Source: Deltaproteobacteria bacterium
GTDB lineage: Bacteria; Myxococcota_A; UBA9160; UBA6930
Assembly: GCA_028817435.1 (NCBI GenBank)
Contig: JAPPPQ010000059.1
Location: 6,315-70,314 of the forward strand
Reading direction: 5' to 3'
DNA: 64,000 nt
Positions 47,000 through 56,852 of the stretch are shown here, in pieces. Made by a program: the position numbers and the translations under genes. Numbering within the stretch: position 1 is the first letter of the stretch; every line of letters starts with the position of its first letter. The notes under the pieces are model-generated. The model was given only the letters and a program-made list of their open reading frames with translations. It was not told the origin of the DNA and did no database searches.

Positions 47000-47890
47000 T
47001 CACAAATCGCCCCGGTTCGGCGCGGGCGCGGCGCGCTTGGGGTCGGTGCGCCGCATCAGGCCCTCCTGGGCCACGCTGCCAATGCGCGGCCCCTGCCTGG
47101 CGAACAGCGCCCCGTGCACAAAGCCGCGCGCGCCAAAGGCCGTCGGGCTCTCCTGCACATACAAAATCCAGTCGTCCACGCGCAGCGGACGGTGAAACCA
47201 CACCGCGTGGTCCAGGCTCGCCATCATCACATCGCGGCGGCGCTTGCGGTGCGGGCGGTAGATGTTGTCCACCAGCCCCATATCCGATGCGTAGGTGAGC
47301 AGGCACTGGTGCAGCAGCGGGTCGTCCGGCAGCGGGCTGGGCGCGCGCAGCCACACCAGGTTGGGGCTGCGGTTCGGCGCGCCGCCAAACCAGCTGTGGG
47401 CCTGGGTAGAGCGCATTTCAATGGCCCTGGGCCGCGCCAGCCAACTGCGCAGCGGCTCGGGCACCTGCGAGCCCAGCTCGCGCGCGCGCTCTTCCCAGGT
47501 GGGCAGGCCCTCCGGCGGCGGCGCATCCGGCATTTCGTCCTGGTGCTCGTAGCTCGGCTCCGGCTCGTGGAACGAGGCCGACATATTGAAGATGGCCTTC
47601 TCGTGCTGCCGCGCCACAACGCGCCGCGTGGTGAAAGAAGAGCCATCTCGAATCCGGTGCACATCATAAACCACCGGCAAATCGGGGTCTCCCGGCCGCA
47701 AAAAGTATCCGTGCAGCGAGTGCGCCCGCCGCTCTTTCACCGTGCGCCCCGCCGCCGCCAGCGCCTGCGCCGCCACCTGCCCGCCAAACAGCCGCATCGG
47801 CCCCCGCTCCTCATTGCGCCCCCGAAAGCGATCCGGCTCCACCTCCTCCAGCCGCAGCAAATCCACCAACCGCCCCAACGCCTCGTGCAT
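47000..47890 (-). CDS. tesB: Acyl-CoA thioesterase II
   Basis: LFGGQVAAQAL, HSLHGYFLRPG, RDGSSFTTRRV, YASD, ASLDHAVWFH and QEGL. Confidence 0.93.
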   Translation of the reverse strand: MHEALGRLVDLLRLEEVEPDRFRGRNEERGPMRLFGGQVAAQALAAAGRTVKERRAHSLHGYFLRPGDPDLPVVYDVHRIRDGSSFTTRRVVARQHEKAIFNMSASFHEPEPSYEHQDEMPDAPPPEGLPTWEERARELGSQVPEPLRSWLARPRAIEMRSTQAHSWFGGAPNRSPNLVWLRAPSPLPDDPLLHQCLLTYASDMGLVDNIYRPHRKRRRDVMMASLDHAVWFHRPLRVDDWILYVQESPTAFGARGFVHGALFARQGPRIGSVAQEGLMRRTDPKRAAPAPNRGDL

Positions 47891-48274
47891 TATTTTGTCT
47901 CTTCTCGCTGCTGCCTGCGCGGAGCAGGAAGCGGTATTTAGCCGTTTGAAGTCAATTTATTGCCGTAATGGGGGTATTCAGAGGCTTTTTAGTGCTTTAT
48001 CTCTTTTTATTGCTCGTTTTCGGCGATTTTCCTGCAAATCCGGCGGATAGTAAAAATTGAGACTAGGGAATTTTTTCTCGTTTCTCCTTGCCTTTTGATT
48101 ATAGAAGGATTTAACCTTGCGGGCAAAGAAATGCTGGTCGAATGCCTGCCAGCCTGCTCAGCGCGGATGTGGTGACGAATTACGGAGAACCACGGAGCTG
48201 CGGCGTTGATTTGATTTGGCAATACAGAAGCTCTGACGAGGCCTCCCCAACTCAAAGCATAAAAGGAGCACGCC

Positions 48275-50955
48275 ATGACTTTTTCGACAACTTACCAAGA
48301 GGCGGCACCCGACCTGCGCAACCGTGCCATGCATCGCGCCCTCTCGTCCTTCGCTGGGTGTTTCCCCGCGGGGGGGGGGGGGGGGACAGGCAGGCTGTTC
48401 TCAGCTTCCTGCGCTGCATCGGGCTCGCTCTGGTTTTGCTGTTCTCGGCGGATGGCGTGGATGCGGGGGAGTTTCCGGGAGAGCAGGTGATAGAGGAGAT
48501 TGTGGTCACCGGTTCGCACATTCGCCGGGATCAGCAGCGCGATCTGGCGTCGCCGTTGCAATCTCTCAGCAGCGAGGAGATCGCCGAACAGGGAGCGAAG
48601 GATATCCCTGATATCATTCGCAACCTGACCGTCAGCACTGGGGCGGAATACCAGGTCAGCGGCCTGAATCAGCCTCAGACGGCAGGGACCTCGAATATCA
48701 ACCTTCGCGGGCTTGGCCTGAGTTCGACCTTGATCCTGATAAACGGGCGCAGGCAGACGCTGTCCTCTATTGCCAAGCAGGATGACGGTTCGTCTTTCGT
48801 GGATACCAATTCACTGGTTCCCATGATTATGATTGAGAAGATAGACATCTTGAAAGATGGCGCGGCGGCGACTTATGGCACGGATGCGGTTGCCGGCGTG
48901 GTGAACTTTATCACCCATAAGAAATTCGAGGGATTCAAGACAGAGCTGAGCTACCAAGGAGACGGGCACGACGATTTGTCAATTGGCGCGATGTTCGGCG
49001 GGGCTGGCGGTGCCAGCAATTTCGTGATTGCAGCTAGCTACCAGGATCGGAATATTCTGGAAGCGGGCGAGCGCGACTGGCCCTCCGGCACAGCGCTTTC
49101 CAGTTTGGGTCAACCCGGAGCCTTCCGATTGAGCTCGGGGAGTTTCATGGCGGATCCGGCCTGCGGGGCTGGTGGCACATTTCTCCGTTTTGGAGGCACT
49201 TTTTGCGGAATGGACATCACGCCGTTTTTCGACCTCATGCCGGAAGAGAGTCGTCTCAATGTTGCAGCGAATTTCTCCCATGAATTCAGCGAATCATTGA
49301 GCGCTTATGTCGAATTCTCCTATGCGGCGAACGAGGGAGAAACGAGGGCTACTCCTTCGTATCCGATCCTGAGGAGCTTTCCGCAGATTCCGGCCACCGA
49401 TCCGAACAACCCCTTCGGCGAGCAGGTGATGTTCTTTGGGCGAACGATTGGGCCCGATGGTGCCCCGACCCTGTTGACTTTCGATTATGAAACATGGCGC
49501 GTTGCAGGGGATCTAACTGGAGATTTGTGGAACTGGTCTTGGAATCTCTCTGCTACCTACAGCACAAATGAAGCTGATGTGGGAAACGGCGATACGGTGA
49601 TATCTCGCCTTCAGGCTGGTCTCGCCGGCACTGGCGGTCCAAACGGCAACGAATTTTACAGTCCCTTCGGGGGAGCGACAAATTCTGCCGGGCTGATTGC
49701 TTATCTCCAAGAAGATTCTCTTCAAGCGGGTGAATCATCTCTGCTCACCGTGGAATTGATCACCAGCGGTGAAATGTTTGATATTCCTGCAGGTGCAGTA
49801 TCGGCTGCTTTGGGAGCCCAATATCGGTCGGAGGATCTGCAAGTTGATCTCGATGATATTCTGAATGCCGACGATTTCTACACATTGCCGGGGGGTGCGG
49901 ATTTTTCGGTAGATCGTGATGTGTTCGCATTTTTTGGTGAAATTATTGTTCCGTTGCATACTGCACTTGAATTGCAACTGTCTGCCCGATACGAGGATTA
50001 TGGCGACAATGTAGACAGCGTTGATCCAAAAGTGGCGGTCTTGTGGGTTCCGGTGTCCTGGATTTCCATGCGCGGCTCGTTTGGGACATCATTCCGTGCT
50101 CCCTCGTTGCTTCAAACAAACGGCAGGCTGGGCGCCAATGATGTGGTCAATGATCCGGCCACGAATTTGAACAGTCTGTTCCGCACGATCAACACCAGCG
50201 GAAATCCGAACTTGAAGCCGGAACAGGCGGATGTGCTGAACTTTGGCATTACACTTTCGCCCATAGAATCGCTGGAAATCAACCTGGATTGGTGGAGCTT
50301 TGACTACACAGATCTCATCGTGAAGGAAAGTGCGCAGTCTCTGATCAACCAGGCGTTCGCGGACACGAATGCAGGAATGACAGGAACGGCTGCCCAGAGA
50401 AAAGTTGTCAGGGTTGGTGGTTTCATTACCCAGATCAATAGCGAATTCATCAATGCGTCTTCGATGGAAGCGGATGGGATTGATTTCCAAATTCGCTATG
50501 GAATGGACACTTTCCTGGGGCAGCTTGAATTTGGCTCGGAATGGACCTATGTTTCCGGTTTTGAGATTCAGGAGAGTGCGAGTTCCGCGGTTGTTGAAGC
50601 GGTGGGTAGCAGGAATAACTCCAATTTCGCTAGGCCCGTCCCGGAGTTGCGCGGAAACATCTCTGCGAATTGGCAGAACGGAAACCAGTCGGCTTACCTG
50701 GTAGCTCGATATATCGATTCCTACAAGGATGACGCAAGTTCGAATGCAAAGATATCCAGCCATACCACGGTGGATTTGAGCTACAGCTATTCATTTGGGA
50801 GTATGCTGGGCGGCGCGGAATCGAAGGTCACACTGGGAGCAATCAACCTCTTCGACCGGGATCCGCCCGCCGTGACCACATTCATCGGATTTGATGTTCA
50901 GACGCACGATCCTCGAGGGAGGTTGCTCTACGCCAAGCTGTCATATTCCTTCTGA
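48275..50955 (+). CDS. TonB-dependent receptor (lower GC); RBS-bearing start is frameshifted at a poly-G tract
   Basis: IEEIVVTGSHIRR, NLRGLG...LINGRR, KDGAAATYGTDAVAGVVNF, terminal YSF. AGGAG-ATG at 48275 is in a different frame from the body. Confidence 0.85.
48370..48385 (+). repeat. G16 homopolymer in the 5' coding region of the TBDR
   Basis: Counted directly in the sequence: 16 consecutive G. Confidence 0.95.
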
Positions 50956-51037
50956 TCTCTGGCGCGGTAGGCTATTCTCTCCTCCAGCGCGCGGGGCCGC
51001 CTTGTCTCATGGCAGGGCGGCGGAGGAGTGAGGGCGT

Positions 51038-52249
51038 ATGGCGAATCATCCGAGGCGGGAGGGGGTGCGGCTGCTGGATCGGTTCTTTTATCTGGATCCG
51101 CATGAGCACTTTCGCTGGATGCGGGAGCATGCGCCGGTTTACTGGGATGAGACGGCGGATGGGGGGCTTTGGGGGGTGTCGCGCTACCAGGACATTATGC
51201 GGGTTTCGCGGCAGCCGGAGGTGTTCTGCTCGGGGCAGAGCTCGCGGCCGGAGCGCGGGACGCTGGTGCCCTCGATGATCAATCTGGACGATCCGCTGCA
51301 CAAGCGGCGGCGCAAGCTGGTGAACGAGGGCTTTACGCCGCGCCGCATTGCCGCGCAGGAGCCGGGGCTGCGGCGGCTCATTAACGAGTTGATGGATTCG
51401 GTGGCGGGGGCGGGGCGCTGCGATTTTGTGCGGGATGTGGCGCGCTGGATTCCGATGATCGTCATTGGCGATATGCTCGGCGTTGCGCCCGCAGACCGCG
51501 AAATGCTGCTGGAATGGTCGGACTGGCTGCTCGGCGCGGGCGAGGGCACAGAGCACGCCAGCGAGGAAGAGTGCCGCGCCCGGCAGCAGCAGGCCGCGGT
51601 CTCCTACTTCGCATATCAGCGCCAGGTGGTGGCCGAACGCCGCGCGCGCCCGCGGGACGATCTGGTTTCGGTGCTGGTGCACGCGCAGATAGACGGCGAC
51701 AAGCTCGACGAGGAAGAGGTGCTGCAGGAAAGTCTGCTCATTCTCATCGGCGGCGACGAAACCACGCGCCATGTAATGACGGGCGGTTTGGAGCAACTCA
51801 TCCGCAACCCCGGCCAGAGGCAAAAGCTCATCGAAAACCCGGCGCTGATTCCCGGCGCGGTGGAAGAAATGCTGCGCTGGGTAAGCCCCATCGTGAACAT
51901 GAACCGCACGCTCACCCGCAATGTGGAAATGCACGGCGAAATTTTGCGCGAGGGCGACCGGCTGCTGCTGCTCTATCCCTCGGGCAACCGCGACGAGCGC
52001 GTCTTTGCGCGGCCGGATGTCTTCGATGTGACCCGCGAGCCGAACCGCCATGTGGCCTTCGGCGGCTTCGGCACCCACCACTGCCTGGGCGCAACCCTGG
52101 CCCGCCTGGAACTGCGCGTGCTCTTCGAGGAACTGCTGCGCCGCTGGCCGGATATTGAGCTGGCCAGCAGCGAGCCGCTGCGCCGCCGCCCCAGCAACTT
52201 CATCACCGGCATTGAAGAAATGCCGGTGCGCTTCACGCCGGATCGCTGA
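51038..52249 (+). CDS. Cytochrome P450 (CYP125/142-like appearance)
   Basis: GGDETTR (I-helix), EEMLRW (ExxR) and FGGFGTHHCLG heme motif. Confidence 0.93.
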   Translation: MANHPRREGVRLLDRFFYLDPHEHFRWMREHAPVYWDETADGGLWGVSRYQDIMRVSRQPEVFCSGQSSRPERGTLVPSMINLDDPLHKRRRKLVNEGFTPRRIAAQEPGLRRLINELMDSVAGAGRCDFVRDVARWIPMIVIGDMLGVAPADREMLLEWSDWLLGAGEGTEHASEEECRARQQQAAVSYFAYQRQVVAERRARPRDDLVSVLVHAQIDGDKLDEEEVLQESLLILIGGDETTRHVMTGGLEQLIRNPGQRQKLIENPALIPGAVEEMLRWVSPIVNMNRTLTRNVEMHGEILREGDRLLLLYPSGNRDERVFARPDVFDVTREPNRHVAFGGFGTHHCLGATLARLELRVLFEELLRRWPDIELASSEPLRRRPSNFITGIEEMPVRFTPDR

Positions 52250-52271
52250 GCCCCGCCCGCCCGGCGCAGCG

Positions 52272-54191
52272 CTATTCGGGCGTGAACCAAATGGGCGAGG
52301 TCCAGGCGCGCTCCCGAATTACCGGGCGGTGATCGGGGGCGCAGCAGCCGGCGTATTCCGGCGGCACGGTATCGGGCGCGGCGCAGTTGACCTTGGCCGC
52401 GGTGCAGAGCCGCTGGCTCCAGCGGCAGCTCGGATTCTCCAGCACGCGGGCGTAGTAAAAAGCGCCGGCATCGGGATCGAAATCCGGATCTTGCCACACC
52501 GCGCAAAGCTGCTTCGCGCCGCCGCCGCGCTGTTCGCAGGTAGCGGGGTCCACGCTTGCGTCCCCGTCGCCGCCCGCAATGTCAAAGACGCGCTCGCGCG
52601 CCTTGCCCCGCTCAATCCAGCCCTTCACAATTTGCACGCGCTCCAGCGGCGTGCCGGGCTGCCGGGCGCTGCCGGGATCTTGCAGCGCCCACACCGCCAG
52701 CCGGGGCGCTGCGCCATCGGCATTTTCCGGCGGCGCGGGCAGGTCGCCGCCCATGGGCACGCCGCCCTGGTAGCCGCGCGCCACAAAGTCGGGCGCGCTG
52801 CACATATTCTGCGGATAGTTCCAGCCGCCGAACATACGCACCACGGGGCGGGTGCCGCTGGTGCCGTAGGCTTCGCGCCGCTGCATGGCGGCGAACAGCG
52901 ATTCGCGCGTGTTCTCTTCGGCCCACAGCACGGCCAGCCCGCCGGGGTTGAACTCCAGATTATCGGGCAGCCCCACCGCGCCGCCGCCCTGCATGCCCGC
53001 GCCGCCGTGGCCCGCCGCGCCGTCCTCTGTTGCCAGGCCGGGCGTGCCCAGGTGCGTATCGGTGCTGGCCACAATTCCATAGCGCAGCGGATTCACGCCG
53101 AGCCTGCGCTGCAGCACCAGTCCCTTCTTCAGCGCCTCGCGCACCGTGGCGCTGCGTTGCGGGCCGGTATCGGCCGCCGCGCCGCTCAGGTTGAGCTGCC
53201 GGAAGCGGCCCACGCCGGCAAAGCTCGCATAGGGCAGCTTCTCAAAAGCGCAGGCTTCGTCTTTGGTATCGCCGCCCAGCAGGCATTCCGAATCGCCCTT
53301 GTGCTGCATAATCTCCACCAGCGGTTCCCAGCGCTGGCGCATCCGCGCTTCTTCCCGGTTTACGCGGCGCTTTTTGGCGTCCGCCGTCAGGCGCGCGGAT
53401 TCAAAGATCAGCCCGGGGCCGCTGAGATTGGAGTTGTGGGGAATGGTAAGCGCGTCGCAGCCCGGCGTTCCCTCAATGCAATCGCGCTGCAGCCGCTCCC
53501 ACAGCGCAAAGGCCGAAGGCGTTTCGACCCAGCTCGGCGGATAGGCGGGCACTTTCGCGTTCTTGAAGATGACATTGCGGTGCAAATTGCCGCCGCCCGC
53601 CGTGGAGGCCGTCCACTCGTAGCCGATGAAGCTGCTGAACGAGCAGGCGGAGCTTCGGTCATAGGCTTCCTCGGCGGCGGCCTGAATTTCTCCCCACACC
53701 ACGGCGGCCTGCTCCAGGCAGCGGCGGTCGTCTTCGCCGCAAAAGGCGAAGCGATCCCTCGCGATGATGGTGCGGATGGCCATGACATTGAAGGCCAGCG
53801 GGCCGAAGTTGCGATACATCCAGCAGAAGTCGCCCTCGTGGCCGGGCTGCTCCGGGTCGCGGCAAATGCGCACTTCGCCGAGCCCTTCGGCGTGGTCGGT
53901 CACCACCGCAAAGTCCAGCGGCCGCCGCAGCCTGGCGCTGCGCTGCGCCCTGCCGCGCTCGTCGTAGGGCTGCAGCCCCAGCCGCTGGCCCTTGGCAAAG
54001 CGGTAGGCATCGCGGGGCGTGTTGCGGGTATCCTGGCTGCTCGCATCGAAAGAAAAAGCGGTGTGCACATGGGTGTCGCCGAAGAAGGGCCGCCGCAGCG
54101 GGTCGCTGCTGGCGCAGGCCGCGCGCTCGGCCGCCGGGGCGGCGCTCGCCGAAAACGCCAGGCAGAGCAGGGCCAGTGTGAATTGCCGCAT
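52272..54191 (-). CDS. DUF3604 domain-containing secreted protein (PHP-like metallohydrolase)
   Basis: FGDTHVHT.FS.DA, LDFAVVTDHAE, GYEWT, NLHRNVIF, IPHNSNLS and ERAWTSPIW. Confidence 0.88.
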   Translation of the reverse strand: MRQFTLALLCLAFSASAAPAAERAACASSDPLRRPFFGDTHVHTAFSFDASSQDTRNTPRDAYRFAKGQRLGLQPYDERGRAQRSARLRRPLDFAVVTDHAEGLGEVRICRDPEQPGHEGDFCWMYRNFGPLAFNVMAIRTIIARDRFAFCGEDDRRCLEQAAVVWGEIQAAAEEAYDRSSACSFSSFIGYEWTASTAGGGNLHRNVIFKNAKVPAYPPSWVETPSAFALWERLQRDCIEGTPGCDALTIPHNSNLSGPGLIFESARLTADAKKRRVNREEARMRQRWEPLVEIMQHKGDSECLLGGDTKDEACAFEKLPYASFAGVGRFRQLNLSGAAADTGPQRSATVREALKKGLVLQRRLGVNPLRYGIVASTDTHLGTPGLATEDGAAGHGGAGMQGGGAVGLPDNLEFNPGGLAVLWAEENTRESLFAAMQRREAYGTSGTRPVVRMFGGWNYPQNMCSAPDFVARGYQGGVPMGGDLPAPPENADGAAPRLAVWALQDPGSARQPGTPLERVQIVKGWIERGKARERVFDIAGGDGDASVDPATCEQRGGGAKQLCAVWQDPDFDPDAGAFYYARVLENPSCRWSQRLCTAAKVNCAAPDTVPPEYAGCCAPDHRPVIRERAWTSPIWFTPE

Positions 54192-54298
54192 GGGTTTCCT
54201 CCCTCTGTGGCCGGTGGCCGCCGGAGCCTATCACGCCGCGCCGCCCCTTGCGCTGCGCGCCGCCGCCCGGCGCGGTAGCATTCCCGCAGGAGGTTGCC

Positions 54299-55372
54299 GT
54301 GCCCCTTCCCGGCCAGCGCGATCCCGGCGAAACCCGCGCGGCTCTGGCCGCCTGGCTCGCCCGGCAAATGCCCCATGCCCGGGACATTGAGATCCCGTGG
54401 ATTGAGATTCCCCAGTCTTCGGGATTCTCCAACGAGACCTTTCTCTTCGACGCCGCCTGGAGCGAGGACGGCGCGCCGCAGCGCCGCGAGTTCGTGCTGC
54501 GCGCGCAGCCGCGAAGCTACGCGCTGTTTCCGCACATTGATGTGATTGCGCAGCAGTTCCGCACCATGAAGCTGCTCGCCCGGCACAGCGATGTCCCCGT
54601 CGCCCCGGTGTTCTGGGCAGAGCCCGATCCCGCGGTGCTGGACCAGCCCTTTTTCGTCATGCAGCGCATTTCCGGCGAAGTGCCCGGCGACAACCCGCCC
54701 TACACCAAGAGCGGCTTCATCATGGAGCTTGCCCCCGCCGAACGCCGCGCGCTTTACCAGAGCGGCCTGGAAGCGCTGACGCGGGTGCATCGGGTCAACT
54801 GGCGCGCGCACGGCTTCGAATGCCGGGAGCGCGCGCGCTACGGCCCGCCCGGCCCGCGTCAACTGCACGGCTATTTCGCCTACTACCGCGACTGGGCCTG
54901 CGAGGGCAAACCGCACCCGGTAATTGATCCGGCCTGGCGCTGGCTGGAATCGCACTGGCCCGAAGACGGCGGCGAGCTGCAGCTTACCTGGGGCGATGCG
55001 CGCATTGGCAACCAGATTTTCCACGAGCTGCGCTGCGTGGCGGTGCTGGACTGGGAAATGACGGCCATTGCCAACGCCGTGAGCGATCTCGGTTGGTGGC
55101 TCTATATGCAGCGCTTCCACACCGATGGCATGGAAGCGCCGCTGCCGGAGGGCTTCTTCACCCGGGAAGAGGTGATTACGTTTTGGGAGCAGCGCCTTGG
55201 CCGCCGCGCCGAGCACATTGAGTTCTACGAAATTCTCGGCGGCTTTCACTTTTCGCTGATTATGGTGGCGCTCGCCCGCAATGTGCATCGCCTGGCCCCG
55301 GACCAAATGCCCGCCGATTTTGGCGTGACCAACCCGGGGCCGCGGGTGCTGGCCGCAATGCTGAATCTCTGA
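54299..55372 (+). CDS. Aminoglycoside/choline phosphotransferase-family protein (ACAD10-like kinase domain)
   Basis: GFSNET, PFFVM, WGDARIGN and VLDWEM; AGGAGG RBS before the GTG. Confidence 0.85.
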   Translation: MPLPGQRDPGETRAALAAWLARQMPHARDIEIPWIEIPQSSGFSNETFLFDAAWSEDGAPQRREFVLRAQPRSYALFPHIDVIAQQFRTMKLLARHSDVPVAPVFWAEPDPAVLDQPFFVMQRISGEVPGDNPPYTKSGFIMELAPAERRALYQSGLEALTRVHRVNWRAHGFECRERARYGPPGPRQLHGYFAYYRDWACEGKPHPVIDPAWRWLESHWPEDGGELQLTWGDARIGNQIFHELRCVAVLDWEMTAIANAVSDLGWWLYMQRFHTDGMEAPLPEGFFTREEVITFWEQRLGRRAEHIEFYEILGGFHFSLIMVALARNVHRLAPDQMPADFGVTNPGPRVLAAMLNL

Positions 55373-55444
55373 CCCTGCGGCGGTGCTACACTGGCCCGCC
55401 GCTTTCTCCGCATTCTCGCATTCTCGCATTTGGGAGGCTTCGCC

Positions 55445-56572
55445 ATGCGCACCGCATTTTGCGACCGGCTCGGCATTGAGTTTCCGATCTTCGCCTTCAC
55501 CCACTGCCGCGATGTGGTGGCCGCCGTGTGCCGGGCCGGCGGCTTCGGCGTGCTGGGCGCCATTGGCTTTCAGCCGGAGCAGCTCGAGCGGGAGCTCGCG
55601 TGGATAGACGAGCGCGTCGGCGACGCCGGCTACGGCGTGGATTTGGTGATTCCGCAGCGCTACGAGGGAATCGGCGAGGACGACCCCGCCAAGCTGGAAG
55701 AGCAGTTGCGCGCCGCTATTCCGCCGCAGCACCGCGAGTTCGCCGCCAAGCTGCTGGCCGATCACGGCGTGCCCGAGCTGCCCGCGGACCAAAAGCACCA
55801 CGAATTGCTCGGCCTGAGCCTGGCCACCGTGGCGCCGCAGCTCGAGGTGGCGCTGCGCCATCCGAAGGTGCGGCTCATCGCCAACGCGCTGGGCACGCCG
55901 CCCCCCGAGGTGGTGCAGCGCGTGCAGCAGAGCGGGCGGCTGATCGGCGCGCTCTGCGGCAAGGTGCACCAGGCGCAGCGCCACCGCGATGCGGGGCTGG
56001 ATTTCATCGTCGCCCAGGGCACCGAGGGCGGCGGCCACACCGGCGAAATCGGCTCGCTGGTGCTCTGGCCGCAGATTGTGGATGCGGTGGCGCCGCTCCC
56101 GGTGCTGGCGGCGGGCGGCATTGCCAGCGGCCGGCAAATTGCCGCGGCGCTGGCGGTGGGCGCGCAGGGCGCGTGGACCGGATCCATTTGGCTCACCGTC
56201 GAAGAGGCCGAATGCCCGCCCGCGCAAATGGAATCCTATCTGGGATCGGGCAGCGAAGGAACGGTGCGCTCGCGCTCTTTCACCGGCAAGCCCTGCCGCA
56301 TGCTGCGCAACGATTGGACGGATGCATGGGAGCGCCCCGACACCCCCGCGCCGCTGCCCATGCCGCTGCAGAATATGCTGAGCATGGATGCGATTTCCCG
56401 CACCCAGCGCTACGCCGGCGGCAAGGGCGCGCAGGCCGTCGCCTTCAATCCCGTGGGCCAGGCCGTCGGCATGATGAACGAAATCAAATCGTCACGAGAG
56501 CTGATCTACGAACTGGTCGAGGGCTATCTGGATTCCGTCGAGCGGCTGCAGGGCCTGCAAGCCAGCGCATAG
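55445..56572 (+). CDS. Nitronate monooxygenase family flavoprotein
   Basis: FAFTHCRDVVAAV, AQGTEGGGH, VLAAGGI and TGKPCRML. Confidence 0.88.
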   Translation: MRTAFCDRLGIEFPIFAFTHCRDVVAAVCRAGGFGVLGAIGFQPEQLERELAWIDERVGDAGYGVDLVIPQRYEGIGEDDPAKLEEQLRAAIPPQHREFAAKLLADHGVPELPADQKHHELLGLSLATVAPQLEVALRHPKVRLIANALGTPPPEVVQRVQQSGRLIGALCGKVHQAQRHRDAGLDFIVAQGTEGGGHTGEIGSLVLWPQIVDAVAPLPVLAAGGIASGRQIAAALAVGAQGAWTGSIWLTVEEAECPPAQMESYLGSGSEGTVRSRSFTGKPCRMLRNDWTDAWERPDTPAPLPMPLQNMLSMDAISRTQRYAGGKGAQAVAFNPVGQAVGMMNEIKSSRELIYELVEGYLDSVERLQGLQASA

Positions 56573-56586
56573 TTGCGGCGCGCCGG

Positions 56587-56661
56587 GGTGAGCGAGGGGA
56601 TTTGAACCCCCGACCTCCAGGGCCACAACCTGGCGCTCTAACCAACTGAGCTACGCCCACC
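56587..56661 (-). tRNA. tRNA-His(GUG)
   Basis: G-1 + GTGGGCG/CGCTCAC acceptor stem, TTGTGGC anticodon loop, TTCAAAT T-loop, C discriminator; CCA not fully encoded. Confidence 0.93.
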
Positions 56662-56720
56662 ACCGGCGCGCCGAGGCTAACGCGCACACTCGCCCCGTGT
56701 CAAACCGCTACCCTCCCCCC

Positions 56721-56797
56721 GCCCCGGTAGCTCAGACGGACAGAGCAGCTGCCTTCTAAGCAGCCGGTCGGGGGTTCGATTCCTCCCCGGGGCGCCA
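56721..56797 (+). tRNA. tRNA-Arg(UCU)
   Basis: GCCCCGG/CCGGGGC acceptor stem, GCTGC-CTTCTAA-GCAGC anticodon arm, TTCGATT T-loop, encoded CCA. Confidence 0.95.
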
Positions 56798-56852
56798 GCC
56801 GGGGCGGCCGCTCAGTGGGGCAGGGGGTGGCTACACTGCGCCGCGGGGAGTT

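Noticed and set aside
47891-48274. Long AT-rich leader of the second TBDR as a riboswitch or ribozyme (GGGCAAA, CTGACGAG)
   Set aside because: The remaining conserved elements of c-di-GMP, cobalamin, TPP or hammerhead RNAs could not be found by eye; an Rfam/Infernal search would be needed.
55409-55430. Short tandem CATTCTCG repeat upstream of the nitronate monooxygenase gene
   Set aside because: Only about two and a half units; too short to support a function.
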